This document shows positions 40,701-54,113 of a stretch of 64,000 nucleotides of DNA, one piece after another. The notes beneath the pieces were generated by a model. That model searched no databases. It was not told the origin of the DNA and saw only the letters and a program-made list of their open reading frames with translations. A program made the position numbers and the translations under genes. Position 1 is the stretch's first letter. The number at the start of each line of letters is the position of its first letter. The stretch is from Saccostrea cucullata (Eukaryota): assembly GCF_032062105.1 (NCBI RefSeq), contig NW_026940997.1, forward strand, positions 806,001 to 870,000. Reading direction: 5' to 3'.

Positions 40701-43700
40701 CAATATGTGTGACCTTGACTTAACTAATTCCAAATTTGAGTTTAGCTCAGTTTCAAAAAAAATGTTCTGAGATTTTATTTTATTTTAATTGATTTAGAAA
40801 TTCCAATCACTTTTTGTATTTTTATCTCTATATCTTGAATCTTTAGATATTTTAAAGATTTGACTTTATAAATATGTTGGTAATGAGAAAATTAACTCAA
40901 TGCAATGGGACTTCATTTAGCTGTTTCAGTGGGATGAATCACTATATACCATGATACAAAAGGCCAGAGCTGTGCTATTAAGTTCTGTATATGAATAAGA
41001 AAAAAGAAATTTATATCTTCTTTTTGTCATAGTGAACAATCAACTGATGACCAATATGTAGAAAACAGGGTACATTGGGCAGGCATTCATGTTCTATAGA
41101 TATATTTCTAGTATTATATCTATAGTATCAAAGCTAAAATCAACGGTAATTGCTTGTCTTTAGAACTTTTCATTAACTTGAAATATATAGTGTATATAAC
41201 ATTAAAGCTATTTTTTTTCTTTTGATTTTAGATGAAAATAGAGATTGTAAGCAAAAGACACCAGAATCCAAAATTATTGATTACATTTGCAGGTTTGTTT
41301 TCATTTACTTTAACATTCAAAGTTTTTGAATGTTCCACAATGCATTTAATAAAGGTTGACATCTTTGAATCACGCCTTTGCTTTATTCAATTTCTAAACA
41401 ATTTTTTTCTCCATGTTCTAAAAAATTATGTAAGTGTATGCATACAAAAAAATCAGTAAAAATCTGCTTGGTATCAGCATTGTGATGTTATTTTACAGGC
41501 TTTCTAAAGATAAAAAGACAACATTTGGCTGTACCATAGAGAACTTTATACAGTGTACATTGGAAAGCCAGGAAACAAACCCACACCATGTCACCAGAAA
41601 TGTAAGAATCACTCATTTTTAGATTATAAACATGCACATATAGTTATACTTATAAAAATATGCTTTTACAGTAAGTTTACCCTTCTTTAGAAAATATATA
41701 TTTGCTGTTCATTGGAAGAGGAAGTTAGAAGATTGAGCATATTAAAGGAGATAATAATAGATTATCTGATAATTTCTTCATAATTATCTTTGTTGAATTA
41801 TGTTAAAATTTGAAAAAAAGAATTCAGATAGGTCAGTTTTAAAAAATTGTTTGCTGCCCTCTTGCAACCAACTGACTAAAATTGGCCCGACTCAGAACTT
41901 TTTTACATTTTAGGACACAATTTATTTTTCTTCAACAAATATGTTGAAATTTCCTGGAAAAAAAGATTTTGCCTCCTACTAAACAACCCAATAATTTTAT
42001 TCTGAGTTGGGAGAGGGCAAGCAAACATTATTTTAAAGATGGCCTCATCAGTATTTTTTAATTTTAGGTTCGTCAGTTTATGACTGGAATAAGGAACTAT
42101 CTGGTCAAGCATGGGGAAGGTGAGCTGGAAGACCTGATTGAGCATGAGCGCGCTCGACTGAGACAGAACGAGATCCTCAACATTGACAACATCATCGAGC
42201 GCTCACTCCACATCTGTGTTCTCCATCCACTAAAACTCCACATCTATGACCTCTTTGTCACAGAGTACACAAGGTCAGGATTTAATCAGGGCACCTGCTT
42301 TAGTAGCAAATATTTTGAAATGTTCCATAAACATGATAAAAATTTCATAAAATAAATCCTATTGTTATCATTAAAGATGAACTGAATTATAGAATCCTGA
42401 TGAGATCCTATCCCTGTTTATCTTACAGGTGTCTATCAGTGTCTGTCATGTGATAATTTTTATACATGTCTTCATTCAGAAATGGTAGTTTACAGAAGCT
42501 CTCCAGCAACATTAAATATGCCAGAACAAAGTCAGCTAAAGACATAGGGATCAGGGTGAGTGCTTAGATTCCAAGACAGGTCTTGGTCAATGAAAGAAAC
42601 TCTTGATATCAGGGAATTTAATAAAGTTTATGTTGGAAGATAAATATTTGCCAAACATTATCTTCACCCCCCAAAGCAGTGACTTTAAGTAATTGAGATA
42701 GCATTTTGCCTAGGTTTGGGAGTAAACATATTGAAAAAGGCATAGTTATAAAATTAAGCATAAGTGGTTGCTTCTCTACTTGACAATAAAGGTAATTGAT
42801 ATTCATGAAATAGGGAACAAAGTCAGTACTGTTAATTTCTTCGTTGTAGCCTGATATTCCTCTCCCAGATTCTGGTACCATGGATACCATTAAGAGCCAT
42901 CTACACAGTATGCAGAAAGCATACTCTCCTCTAAAGAAAATGGAGCATCTACTGGCAGCAACATCTACTATCTACAAATGTGTAAGTTATATAAATGTTA
43001 AGCCTGTCAACATCTCTCTTTGGAGAGGATGTTGTGATTGCAATCAGTTTCAAAGTACATTGATTAAAATTCTCTGCCTTGTGTTGTTGTTTGGATGGCA
43101 CAACAAATAGCAAAGGAATACCATAACATATTAAAGAAGATTATAAACAATCACTTAATTAATCAAAAATGTGTAAAGCACAGAAATCAGATGCCACAGC
43201 AACCATAGACAAATAGAGGAACCAAACAAGTCTCAGAGAAACTATTGCCAGTACAATAGCAGTTGGTCATAAAAAACTCACAAAGAAACTATATGTGTAA
43301 TTTGTATTATCATGGAGGACTTTGCATTAAGTTCACATTTACCTAGGAATAGGAAAGAGTGGCTTTCTGTATGTAATAATTTTTTTGATAAATAGAAGTT
43401 CAAAATTTTATAAAATATTTTTTAGATGACACAAAATATCAGCAGAAAGGAGGGAGTTGTGACAATAGGAGCTGATGGTAATTATAATTTTATGTCATTT
43501 TACAGTCTACTTCAGATATACATGTATTGAAGTTTTAGGGATTTTAATATATAAACCAAAGTTGAAAATAAGCGAAATTGGATGTTGAAGACATTTAAAA
43601 ATCCTAATCTCTATCTAAAACATCTAGACAAATATGAACCAATATACATGGTTAAAGTTGTGACACTTACACAGTTTGTTAATTAAAGCTTTGTATTTAA

Positions 43701-45250
43701 TAAAGTCTGACATGTTTATTTCCTGATCTTAAGGAAGGAATTCCCAGACTAACTTGAACTCAAAAGCTTGTGTACATGTTTATCATTGATAAAGAGTGCA
43801 TGCACCAATCCTACGTTAATTTGCATTTAGATTTCACAATTTAAACTATGCACATGTGAATTTATTTTAATTAATGAAAGACGTTTTTCTTTCATAACAT
43901 ATTCTAGTATGTACTTCATCTTTGTAGATTTCTTGCCAATGTTGATCTTTGTGTTGGTGCATTGTGGGATGGTGGCAGCAGAAATAGAGGCTGACTATAT
44001 GTGGGGGCTAATTCATCCCTCCCTGCTCAATGGAGAGGGGGGATACTATCTCACTTCTCTCAGCAGTGCTGTACTAGCCCTCAAAAACTTCCAAAATATG
44101 CAGGGAACACCCAGTGATTCTCAGCAGGTAAATGACTAATAAAGACTTTAAAATCAAAACTTAACACATGGAATGTGATATCCCTATTACAGAGTAATAT
44201 ACATAGAAATAATGTGTATCTCATTAACATGTTGAACTGTTGATTTTTTGTTACAAAACACTGACTATTTTCAGATTTAGCCAAAACTCTGGGTTATACA
44301 TGCTTTTTTCTTGTCAATAACTTTATATAAGGTTGACAAATACATGTAGCTACTCGTGTATTAGACATTTTTTTTCAATTTCTGTTGTTATTGTTTGGAT
44401 GAAGCATTGTTTCCGATAACTTCAGGTGGAGGTCCCGGCTCTTGGTGACATGGAGGGTTTTTTGAAGGTAGCCATTCCTGATGAACTGCGGGATGCGATC
44501 ATCTGGAAAACACTCCCTGTCCGACCTAACATGAATACTAAGGATGTCTGTAAGTTACAGCCAATAAAGTTCAATTAATGGACCATTGTTGTTAAAGTCC
44601 ATGGACATTATAGAAATTCTTCAGGATTTTGTGCTTATATTTTTATCTAAAAGCAGGCTTAGAAGTTCATATTTTATGTTGTTGTAGGTTCCATGATTGC
44701 TCATAAGTTCCGGATCACAAACCCCCAGGACTACGGCCTTTATCTACTGGTCCAGGGAGAAGGTACGTATAAATCGACACATGCTGAACATATAGTTATA
44801 CAGGGAAATTTATATTTCTCAAAAGGCATTGCGATTGATGAAAATACATATATTGTTTGATAGTAAGGCAACATTTGGATTATCTGAACCAAATGTCTAT
44901 TCATACACTTCCACTTTCTTGATAAACTACTCAGTTTGCTTACTTTGTTCTGTCTCATCCTATTCCACATTTTTTTTTTTTTTGCAAACCTTAACATTTT
45001 TAGTTCATATTTATTTTTAATTCTGTAAATGATTTAGATTACATGTTTATTACACTAGAGATTCTTGTGTATGATTTGTTTAAGAGTGACTGATTTTTGT
45101 TTTACAGAAACTCGTCTTGGTGACATGAATATTCCTCAGGTGATAAAATCTGAGAACAGCTCCCATGGAAAACAGCCAGTATTTGCTTACAAACGCAATG
45201 CTGCAATCATAGCCTGGCCCATGTCAGTCAAAAGGCAACAGAACTGCTGA
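28794..45250 (+). CDS. Ras and Rab interactor (RIN/Sprint family; SH2, long disordered linker, RH, VPS9, RA), about 1343 aa
   Basis: Exons 28794-28853, 32934-33031, 36782-36929, 37547-37735, 37991-38267, 38391-40478, 41232-41292, 41499-41601, 42068-42273, 42480-42555, 42850-42981, 43426-43477, 43928-44127, 44426-44549, 44688-44762, 45108-45250 = 4032 nt, phase-consistent. SH2 (ERLTKTHPIW...GTFIIRNS), VPS9 (GADDFLPML, GEGGYYLTS), RA (KTLPVRP...PQDYGLY). The first three exons are less certain. Confidence 0.9.
29126..29912 (+). mobile_element. HINE (family A), second copy, 156-bp monomers x ~4
   Basis: Same termini as 25471-26730; monomer landmarks at 29311, 29467, 29623. Confidence 0.9.
31170..31790 (+). 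mobile_element. Degenerate HINE (family B) fragment
   Basis: TTTAGCTCACCTGAGC start and diverged 166-bp-type monomers, immediately upstream of the intact copy. Confidence 0.65.
31803..32872 (+). mobile_element. HINE (family B) carrying a 166-bp Cg170/HindIII-like satellite array
   Basis: GCTCACCTGAGC / GCTCAGGTGAGC subterminal IRs, GTCY microsatellite, monomer landmarks at 32161, 32327, 32493, 32659 (period 166), 3' CCATGGGCCTCTTGTT. Confidence 0.92.
33116..33642. mobile_element. Degenerate relative of the 11892-12421 MITE
   Basis: TAGCAGCAGATCTGTA...TTCTGCAGCTA termini, similar length (527 vs 530 bp); TSD not preserved. Confidence 0.65.
35265..35720 (+). mobile_element. Degenerate HINE family A copy
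   Basis: GAAGAGCTTATGCGATAGTAATG head and decayed ATAACTTGGCACACAAG monomers. Confidence 0.65.
36991..37386. mobile_element. hAT-type MITE, second copy of the 20381 family
   Basis: TAAGGCTGGG...CCCAGCCCTA with a colinear interior; TSD degenerate. Confidence 0.8.
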
Positions 45251-46391
45251 ATGCAAAGAGAGTACAAGAATGAAAAAAAGATGCTCAATTTGAAGGAGAC
45301 ATTTTTTACATGAATTTTTTCACTGTTGAATCTTTAGAATTTCTCAGTTGAGTAAAAGGGATTTTTTTTATTAAGAGATTTGTGTGAGTTACAGATCAAA
45401 ATTTCAGTGAGGCTTAAAGAAATCTGTATTAAGTTTCTGCTTGAATTATTGATACACTTTATCAAATTTCCTTCCTCTCAAACAAAGTTTGGGGGATTTG
45501 ATACTAAGTCATAGGAATCTTTTTTTCTCTCAACATGTTCTTGCAATCATTTTTGTGCCATAATCTTCTAATGGATAGACATTGCAAGCCCATACTTTAT
45601 ACAAGGATTGCTTTAAGGTTTGTCATGACATTGATTTACTTGCAGATTAAGCAAAAAATCTACATCCAGTTCATAATTTTCTAATGAAGAAACATGAAAA
45701 GTTCATACTTTTGACAAAAATTACCTCAAACCTGAGGGCATATCATTACCTTGACCCAAGATCATTTAATCAAGTTCAAGGTCACTTGGGAAAAAAATAT
45801 ATCTCTTCTGTCCCGGTCATGTCCTTTAGTGGAGGAATATTTGAACCTCATTCTTGGCACAAAAATTTCTAAATAATTCATGAGTACTTGAAGCTACTTT
45901 GTGACAATTAGATTTCTCTGACATGAAGTAATTTTCAAAAAAAGCCTATTTTAACAAAATCAAGGTCATAAATAGAGAAAAATATATTTTGATAAATTGG
46001 TCACAGAACAAAATAAAAATCTTGTATGCAACATCAAAATTGGCCAACACCATATGACTGTCTCTTAGATCCCATTGGCTTATTGTTTTCTGAAGGGTTG
46101 AAGTGTTTCTAAAGAAAAAATTCTAAAGATAAAATCTGATAAGTTTTTAGTTTGATACTGAAGTAAAGAAAAATTAATACAAACAATAATTAGCTGTATA
46201 ACTACTCATAAATACTATATTTTCTAATAATTACTTCTGAATCAGTAATTTTATTCAAATCACACGTATTTCATTGCTTAGTTTGCCTTGACAGAGATAT
46301 GTATTGCTTGATTACAAAGCAACAAAGTTAAGGCTAGCAATTAAGCTTTTGTGACATACTTTAAAATTAATTCCATTGAGAGGAAAGACAT

Positions 46392-49300
46392 TTTTAGCTC
46401 TTCTGAGCCAAAGGCTCAAAGAGCTAATGCTATGCACCCATTCTCAATATAAGGGCTCAAATAATGTCGCCTCATTTTCATTTAGAAGAAATACCACTGA
46501 TGTAATTTTTAAATCAACATGATAAATAGTCATATAACAATGAATAAGAATTCATATAATTATTGAAAGGGTAATATATCAAATATAGTACCCTATTTGA
46601 AATGTACGTTACTGTCGCCGAGGCAAATATTATGCTGAATCCCCTCTGTGTAATATATAGTTTTGATTCTCAAGTAAAAATTTTCTGATAAGTTAAACCT
46701 TGTATCATATATATTTCTTTTCATAACAATAAATACATTTTCTTTGTGATAATAAATAATTTTTATTGTGCAATGTCCCTGTCGCTTAATTCTATTTCAA
46801 CCACATTACAAGCAAACACAAAGATTATACACCTGATAGTTTTGTTCTCCTTTGTTTATTGATGGGCTAAATTTGAAATTTCAAAGGATTAATTACTCCT
46901 ACTTAGATAATGTAACATGAAATTGAACAATTTGAGCAACTTTTATAAATATGCGGAATGAAAGAAAATCGTAGAGATAAGAAAGAAATGTACGTTACCT
47001 ATATTCTTCCATTAAGAATATATATTAAGTAGAAAAAGAAACGACTCTGAATAAGCAACCCCTTGTATCCTGTAAACTGGCAAAGACGTTTTGCTTAACA
47101 CAATTAAAAATTATTTTTTACATAAAAAGTGATCATTTGAAATGTACGTGACTGAAATGTACGTTACCATGAAATTCGAATTAAGTGAATCTCGCACGAA
47201 TTTTCATGTATTCTCATACTTTCACACAATCGAATGTGTACACAAAGGAAAGTTTCAAAGGTTGGTGGTCGGCTAAATCCCAAAATTAATGAAAAGAAAC
47301 GTTTCTGCTGAGGATAAAAAATATATTAAGGTCAATTATATGTAATATAATTTTGATACCTGGTATATATTTCTGAATACGAAACCTGTATGATGCATTT
47401 CTTATGATATGCAAGTTCAACTAGTATCAATATATTGCGTGTCTAACGTACGTTTGTGGAACAGAATTGATTTTATATTTGAAATGTACGTTACGTATGG
47501 TAACGTACATTTTGCGTATTTCTAACTGACATTCTTATTTTAATTAGTCAATGAATTGCGTTTACACGAGCGAAAAAAAATTATCGTTACAATCCATTTG
47601 ACAACTGACCACATAAATCCATCTAAATGCACCCCCAATCCTCGTAAATGTGGTAGACTGTTACCATATGCTAGAAAATTTATTTGTAAGTGTCTTGTCT
47701 TATATTCATCTTTAGCAACCTTTTTGCAGTTTGTTTACTTTTTATATGCGACTTTTCGTCAATATTAATTTAATTGTTGTTGATAATTTAAAACAAGGTA
47801 TAAGCTTATAATTGGTAAAAAAAAAAACACAAAAAAGAAAAAGAAAACAAATAAACCCTGAATACAAGACGGTCACGTACATTTCAAATACTGAAAGGCA
47901 CACAATACTCAGTTTTGTTTAAATCATTTTAATTTTGGGTTATATTTTTCCAGATCTGCTGAAAAGCACGTATGTTTGTGTTTTGACAAACGATGTTGCA
48001 ACATACTAAATGAAATTGTTAACAAGACTGTCGATGGATATATTCGGAATAGATTTATGTTAAGTTTCAATGGCCAAACACGAGCATTTGTTAGATCATA
48101 GCAAAATACTGTCTCTTATTTTTTTTGTCTGTACCCTTGCACACAGGTAGAAGTAACTAGGCTACGACCGGTGTCAATTTCAGCGAAACAGCACAAAGAA
48201 TGGTAATGAACTGAGGTGGAGGGGACTCCCTAATAATATGTGAAATGAACGTTACCGAAGTGACGTGACATTCATGTAGTTGATGACAAACAACCTCGTT
48301 TGCTACATTATGATTTCTTATATTACTGCGTTAAAACGCTTTATTGAAATGATTTTTATGTCAATAATTGCTTTTTTTCAATATTTTCTTATTACTAATT
48401 TACATATTATTACAAGCTTGAAATGTACGTTACCTACTCATATTCTGAGGCAATCGTGTCTTTATAGTGGTGATTGTGACATATAACACAATGTGATTAC
48501 ATAGGGAATCTTTTTTGGAATAAACTGAAACAAAACGATGAATTTTTAGATGAATTTTAAGCTTTTTATTAAACAGAAATATATCTTGAAATGTACGTTA
48601 TATTTACGTAGTTTTCTAAATCGACATGGATATATGTTAAAAAAGACAGTAACTACAAAATAAAATTTTACTACATGTACATGTTAAGTTCCAGTATCTA
48701 TAGAAAATGACAAGATTCCAAACTGATCGCTCTAAACAAAACAGAGAGAAGAATTTCAAGCATATATTTAAAATAATGTTTTTATACATCTGGATCAAAA
48801 AGTAACCTTTGTTTTTTGAAAGGAAAAATCAAACGCACGTTCGTATGCCGAGAAAATATGTTGCTGAGAGAGTTGGTAGGATGTGCTGGTGTTAAGATGA
48901 GATATTCCAATTGTGATTTTAATGACTACATTTTTTTTGACATATCTTTTTGGACATTGAAGAAAGAGTAACGTACATTTCAAGCTACATTTCTGAATAA
49001 AATCACCCTCTACTTTACCGTCTTGTCATTATTCCGTGTATTAAAATTTGATGAAAAAAAATCTGGAAACAAAATCTTCAGATACTTTCTTTCAAAGGTA
49101 ATTGATAGAAAAATTGTTATCTTGAACTTCATTTTTTAAAAAATCAGAGAGGCATTTGTGCCCTTATATTGAGAATGGGTGTACGGCCATTTGTGCAGTG
49201 TGCGTCAACTTTTTAGAATATGGGCCATAACTCAAGAACCCCTTGGCCAATCAGTACCAAATTTGTCACAGGGTATCCTTGACCCAAGGGCTACCATTTG

Positions 49301-51000
49301 TACTAAAATAAGGGTTGGGACCCTTAAACAAGGGGAGATAATCAAGAAAACAAAACCAAAAGTACTGGTTGCTAAAAAATCTTCTTCTCCATAACTACCA
49401 GGCAGATTTTCACCAAACTTACATACAAGGATCAGGATATGTCGAAGATTAAAATTTGCACGGGGAATTACCCTGGGGCAAAGGGTGTGGTCTCAAGGTC
49501 ACTTCAAAGTTGACCTAAATTTACAATTAATACAAACGTGTATATTTTGCTTACTATAAGGACTAGGATCATCAAGTCTTGTAAGTTGATGCATCTTACG
49601 ACTTCACATCATGTTAAATCAAAAGTAGGTCACGGTGACCTACTTTTTGAATTTTGTGGGGATTTGTTTTTAAATTGATTTGAAGGCATATTTTGGACAC
49701 TTTAAGGCCTATGATCATCAAACTTTGTCAGTTGATGCATCTTGGGTCCTCAAACAATGTCAACTTAAAATTAGGTCACCGTGACCTACTTTTTAAACTT
49801 TATGACTTATCTTTTTAAAAACATTAAATCCCATTATTTCAGACACTGGGAGGTTTAGAATCATCAAATCTTGTACTTTGATGCATCTTGGGACCTTAAA
49901 ACATATTCATGAAAAAGTAGGTCACCATGACCTACTTTTTGAATTTTGTCGACATTTGTTTTCAAATTGTTTAAAATGCATATTTTGATTACCTTCAGAC
50001 CTACGATCATCAAACTTGGTCAGTAGATGCATCTTGGGTCTTTGAAAAATGTCGACCAAAATGTAGGTCACGATGACCTACTTTCGACATTTTATGGCTA
50101 TATTGAAGTATCTTAGGTATTTATTGGATTAGAATTGGCTTAGAATCATCAAACTTTGTGAGTTGATGCATCTTGGGTTTTCTGAGATTGACGACCAAAA
50201 AGTAGGTCATGGTGACCTACTTTTGACATTTTTTGGCTATTATTAAGTATCTCTGGTACTTATTGACCTAAAATCATCAAATTTTGTCAGTTGATGCTTC
50301 TTGGGTTTTTGGAGATTGTCGACCAAAAAGAAGGTCACAGTGACCTACTTTTGACATTTTATGGCTATTTTTAAGTATCTCAGGCATTTATTGGCTAAGA
50401 ATCATCGAACTTTGTCAGTTGAGGCATCTTGGGTTTTCGGAGAATGTCGACCAAAAAGTAGGTCACGATGACCTACTATTGAATATCTCAGGTACTTATT
50501 GGCTTAGAATCATCAAATTTTGTCAGTTTAGGCATTTTGGGTTTTTGGATAACATCGACCAAAAAGTAGGTCACTGTGACCTACTTTTGACATTTGATGG
50601 CTATATTTAATTATCTGGTACTAATTGGCTTAGAATCGTCAAACTTTGTCAGTTGATATAAATTTTCAGAGAATGTTGACCATAAAGTAGATCACAGTGC
50701 CCTACTTTTGAATACTTATTATAAGGCTTAGAATCATCAGTCTTTGTCAATTAATGCATCTTAAGTCATCAGAAAATTTCAATCAAAAGGTAGGTCAGGT
50801 CACTGTGACCTACTTATGGTATTTTATAATTATATTACAACTGTATAATATCTTCAGTCTTAACTGGCTAGATATTATCAAACTTTGTAAGTTGATGCAT
50901 TTTGGGTCTTATGATACTAATAGAGTTGGAGGCTTCTAATAGAAGTGATAGATTGTACAATTTATCTGAAGAGCGATTCAAGGCCCTTGGGCCTCTTGTT
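46392..51000 (+). mobile_element. HINE (family C) with 146-108-bp monomers, split by a nested TIR element
   Basis: 5' TTTTAGCTCTTCTGAGCC..GGCTCAAAGAGC; 3' TGAAGAGCGATTCAAGGCCCTTGGGCCTCTTGTT; tandem array ~49560-50900. Confidence 0.85.
46435..49181. mobile_element. 2747-bp non-autonomous DNA transposon with 28-bp CAC-initiating TIRs
   Basis: CACCCATTCTCAATATAAGGGC(T/A)CAAAT at both ends (1 mismatch); 11 internal copies of TGAAATGTACGTTAC; no transposase ORF; flanks TG / TA. Confidence 0.9.
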
Positions 51001-52139
51001 TATTATGTTGTAAGATATTACATCTTAAAAATTTTTTTGTTTAAATTTGTAAAAAAACAAAATGTGTTAAAGCTGAATGCATTATATATTCTCTTTCCGT
51101 CCATAGCATTTTTTTTCTATGCAATATTCCATATACACATTATGTAAAATGACATTCATTAACAAAATGGAATGTTTTACTGTGATCCACTTTATTTTCA
51201 TTATAAACCATTCCATGCACAGTTGATATTTTATTTCATGCAGTTCTGCATGCAGACTTCATGACTGATATTTTTTTGATATATGGAATAAATTATTAAC
51301 AATGTATTGACAGAAGTTAATGGTAAGAGCTGCTCTTGTGTATTTCATTTCCATACCATTCATTCACTTGTTAACCCCCCCCCCCTTTTTTTTTGAATTC
51401 ATTTGTATTTCTATGCAGCACTGTTTATATGCTGGTAACACATTGCTTTTCCCAATTTTACCTCAGCTGACCGAGGCATACATAAAAAGTCTGCAATTTA
51501 TCATTACTTTGAGTTATTTGTGTATTTGTATTGTTAAAGCTTTTTTATGTACCACTCATATATCGCTGAATTCAGTAGTGATGACAGAGTGAATGATCAT
51601 TGAAAACTGAAAGTACAGTGTATATATCAAGTTTACATGTGCCATATTTTCAGTATTATTTTGCATGCATCATCAGTATCTGTAAGTTTGTACTCTTATT
51701 TTTTTTCAGAATGACATTTCTTTCATCCGTCATACATGTCTCAGCATTATTTTTGGTATTTGTGTTTTGTGCTAAATGGTACAAAATTGTCCAAAGATAT
51801 GGATTTTTTCTATATTTAGCTCTAAAAACCGATTTTGTTGTCATTTTAAGCTGCAATAGCTTTGGTGCATGTACCTAGTAGGTACACTGTTGGTTGTTAT
51901 GTGACAATGTTAAACAAGTTGTTGTGATGTTATATTGGAGAGAAAAAACTCCTATGTTCTTTTTATCACAAATGTAGTGAATAAAAGTTATCTAAATATT
52001 ATCTAGTGTTTGGGTTTTCATTTTGATATCAATCATATCACGCATAATCAGTTTGTCAACAGAATATTGCAGTAATGTATTAAATAAAATCCTAAAGTAA
52101 ACAAATAGTTAAATGGGTTCATCATGAAAAGTGTAATCT

Positions 52140-52790
52140 TTTTAGCTCACCAGAGTGAAAGGCTCTTAAAAGTGAGCTCTTCTGATCACATTTTGTCAGA
52201 AGTCTATCTGTCTAGCTGTTTGACTTCTCTCCAAGAACTACTGGGCCATTTTAACCTTAAAGTATCATTAGATTAGATAAGGTGAAATTCAATTTATACA
52301 AATAAGGGACGTCATCCTCATCCAAGGGGGGATAATTAAAAATATGTGAAAAAATAATGACATTTTAAAAAAATTCTTCTAAAGAACCTCTGAGTCAAAA
52401 AAGTTGAAACTTAAGTAAAACCACCCTTCTGTAGTGTATCAGGTTTGTTCATAGCATGGTCCTCATTGATAGAGTGGCGCCACAGTAGGTTTTACTGAGC
52501 AATAATGAGGTAATGTATTCATGTTTGTTTAAATCATGGCCCGGGAGGACTTGCAATTATCAAATTTTACAATAGAATAAAAAACGTGAGAAAAAATCTT
52601 TATAAAATACTTAAATTAATCATGATGTAACAAATATTGAAGCATCTTCAGGTCATGTTCAGATAATGAACACCCTTCTCCTTCCCAAAACCTTGATCTT
52701 TTACATTTAAGTTTTTTTTCCACGACTGATTTTTGCCTTTTCTTAAGCAAACTTTCATGCAGGTGAGTGATGGGGCCCATGGGCCTCTTT
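52140..52790 (+). mobile_element. Degenerate HINE family B copy
   Basis: TTTAGCTCACC... head and CAGGTGAGTGATGGGGCCCATGGGCCTCTT tail. Confidence 0.75.
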
Positions 52791-54113
52791 GTACAAATAA
52801 ACATACTTTATTTATAGCTCCAAACCTTCGTTATGTAAACAAGGTCCATGTCATGGTTTTGTTCCATAGATTAATATACTAATATATGTTCGTTCAAAGT
52901 AGATAATTTCAATAAAAAAGTTAATTTTAAATACGATTCACAGTTTCTATTGATTTGCTGAATTTCATTTGTTATCAATATAGTATTTTCAATATGTAAA
53001 CAAAAACAAGGCACACGCCTTGTTTACATTATGAAGAACTTAAAAGTTCTGTATCTCATTTCTTAATCAACAAATGATGTTCAAATTTTTGCTTATCATT
53101 AGACGATGCTTTAGGAAGGAATTATAAACATTAAAATAGGTTTTAAAAATTCAGTTGAAACTGTGTCCATACCCCTTTAAAGATTGACAAAAAGTTTTAT
53201 TTGAATATGTACGTTTTTTAACCTTTCATATTTCAGTACGCTTTTTTTGCTCGGTACAATTAAAAGCAGAAGTCCCTGGTGAGACTGTAGCTCTGCGGTT
53301 TTGAATTTAACAAGTTGAAAATTGTACTTATTATCGAGCGCTGGAGGATCTGTGGCTGTGTTAATGTGTACATTGGGAAACGATTCATATTTCCGTTGTT
53401 AGATGAAATATTTTCTTAATATCTTTCATAAAAATTATGAATAAAAGCTGTTTTTTTTAATTTGTTTAATAATAATTGTAATTGTCATTGTCTGTTTTTC
53501 ATTTGAGTGTGTAAGATATAATCACAAAACGTTATGTCCCCAGATATCAATTTGAGATACAGAGTGTTTAATTAATTAATATTGAGAAAAATATTATAGG
53601 GAGAAAAAAAATACAGTTGCATATGTCACAATGACATATTTCAACACTTTGCATTTACTGTGATACATGACTATCATAGTGAAAACATCAGCATTATTAC
53701 ATGACAAATATTTAGGGAAGGGTAATTTTTTTATTTCAGTAACGGGAGAAACACTCCAAGCCTTGTATTCAAAATACTATAAATACCTTTATGTGCGTTT
53801 GAATATAAAAAGACCATATCCAACTTATAATTTTAATATAATTTACATAAAAAGAACGAATTACTTTTTATTTACGTTTAAAAAAGTTAACCTTTTCTTG
53901 ATAAGTTTAAGAAAAATGAGATTTCAATCCATACTCAACATGAGCAGGTCACAATTCATGGAATCTACATTATCAGCACGTATTTCAAGAGACAAATCAT
54001 AACACCGCCCTCGAAATAGTTTTAAGGATTTTGAAATGTATCACAAGACCACCAAAATACGTGTCTGGTGTAAGATATCAAGAACAAGTTCCGTTGAAGG
54101 ACTCGGAATGACC

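Noticed and set aside
41033-41088. Extra RIN micro-exon
   Set aside because: In the phase required after 40478 it hits TAG; 40478 joins 41232 cleanly without it.
46598-48982. CRISPR-like repeat/spacer array
   Set aside because: Irregular spacing (15 to several hundred bp), both orientations, eukaryotic context, bounded by TIRs, and no cas genes.
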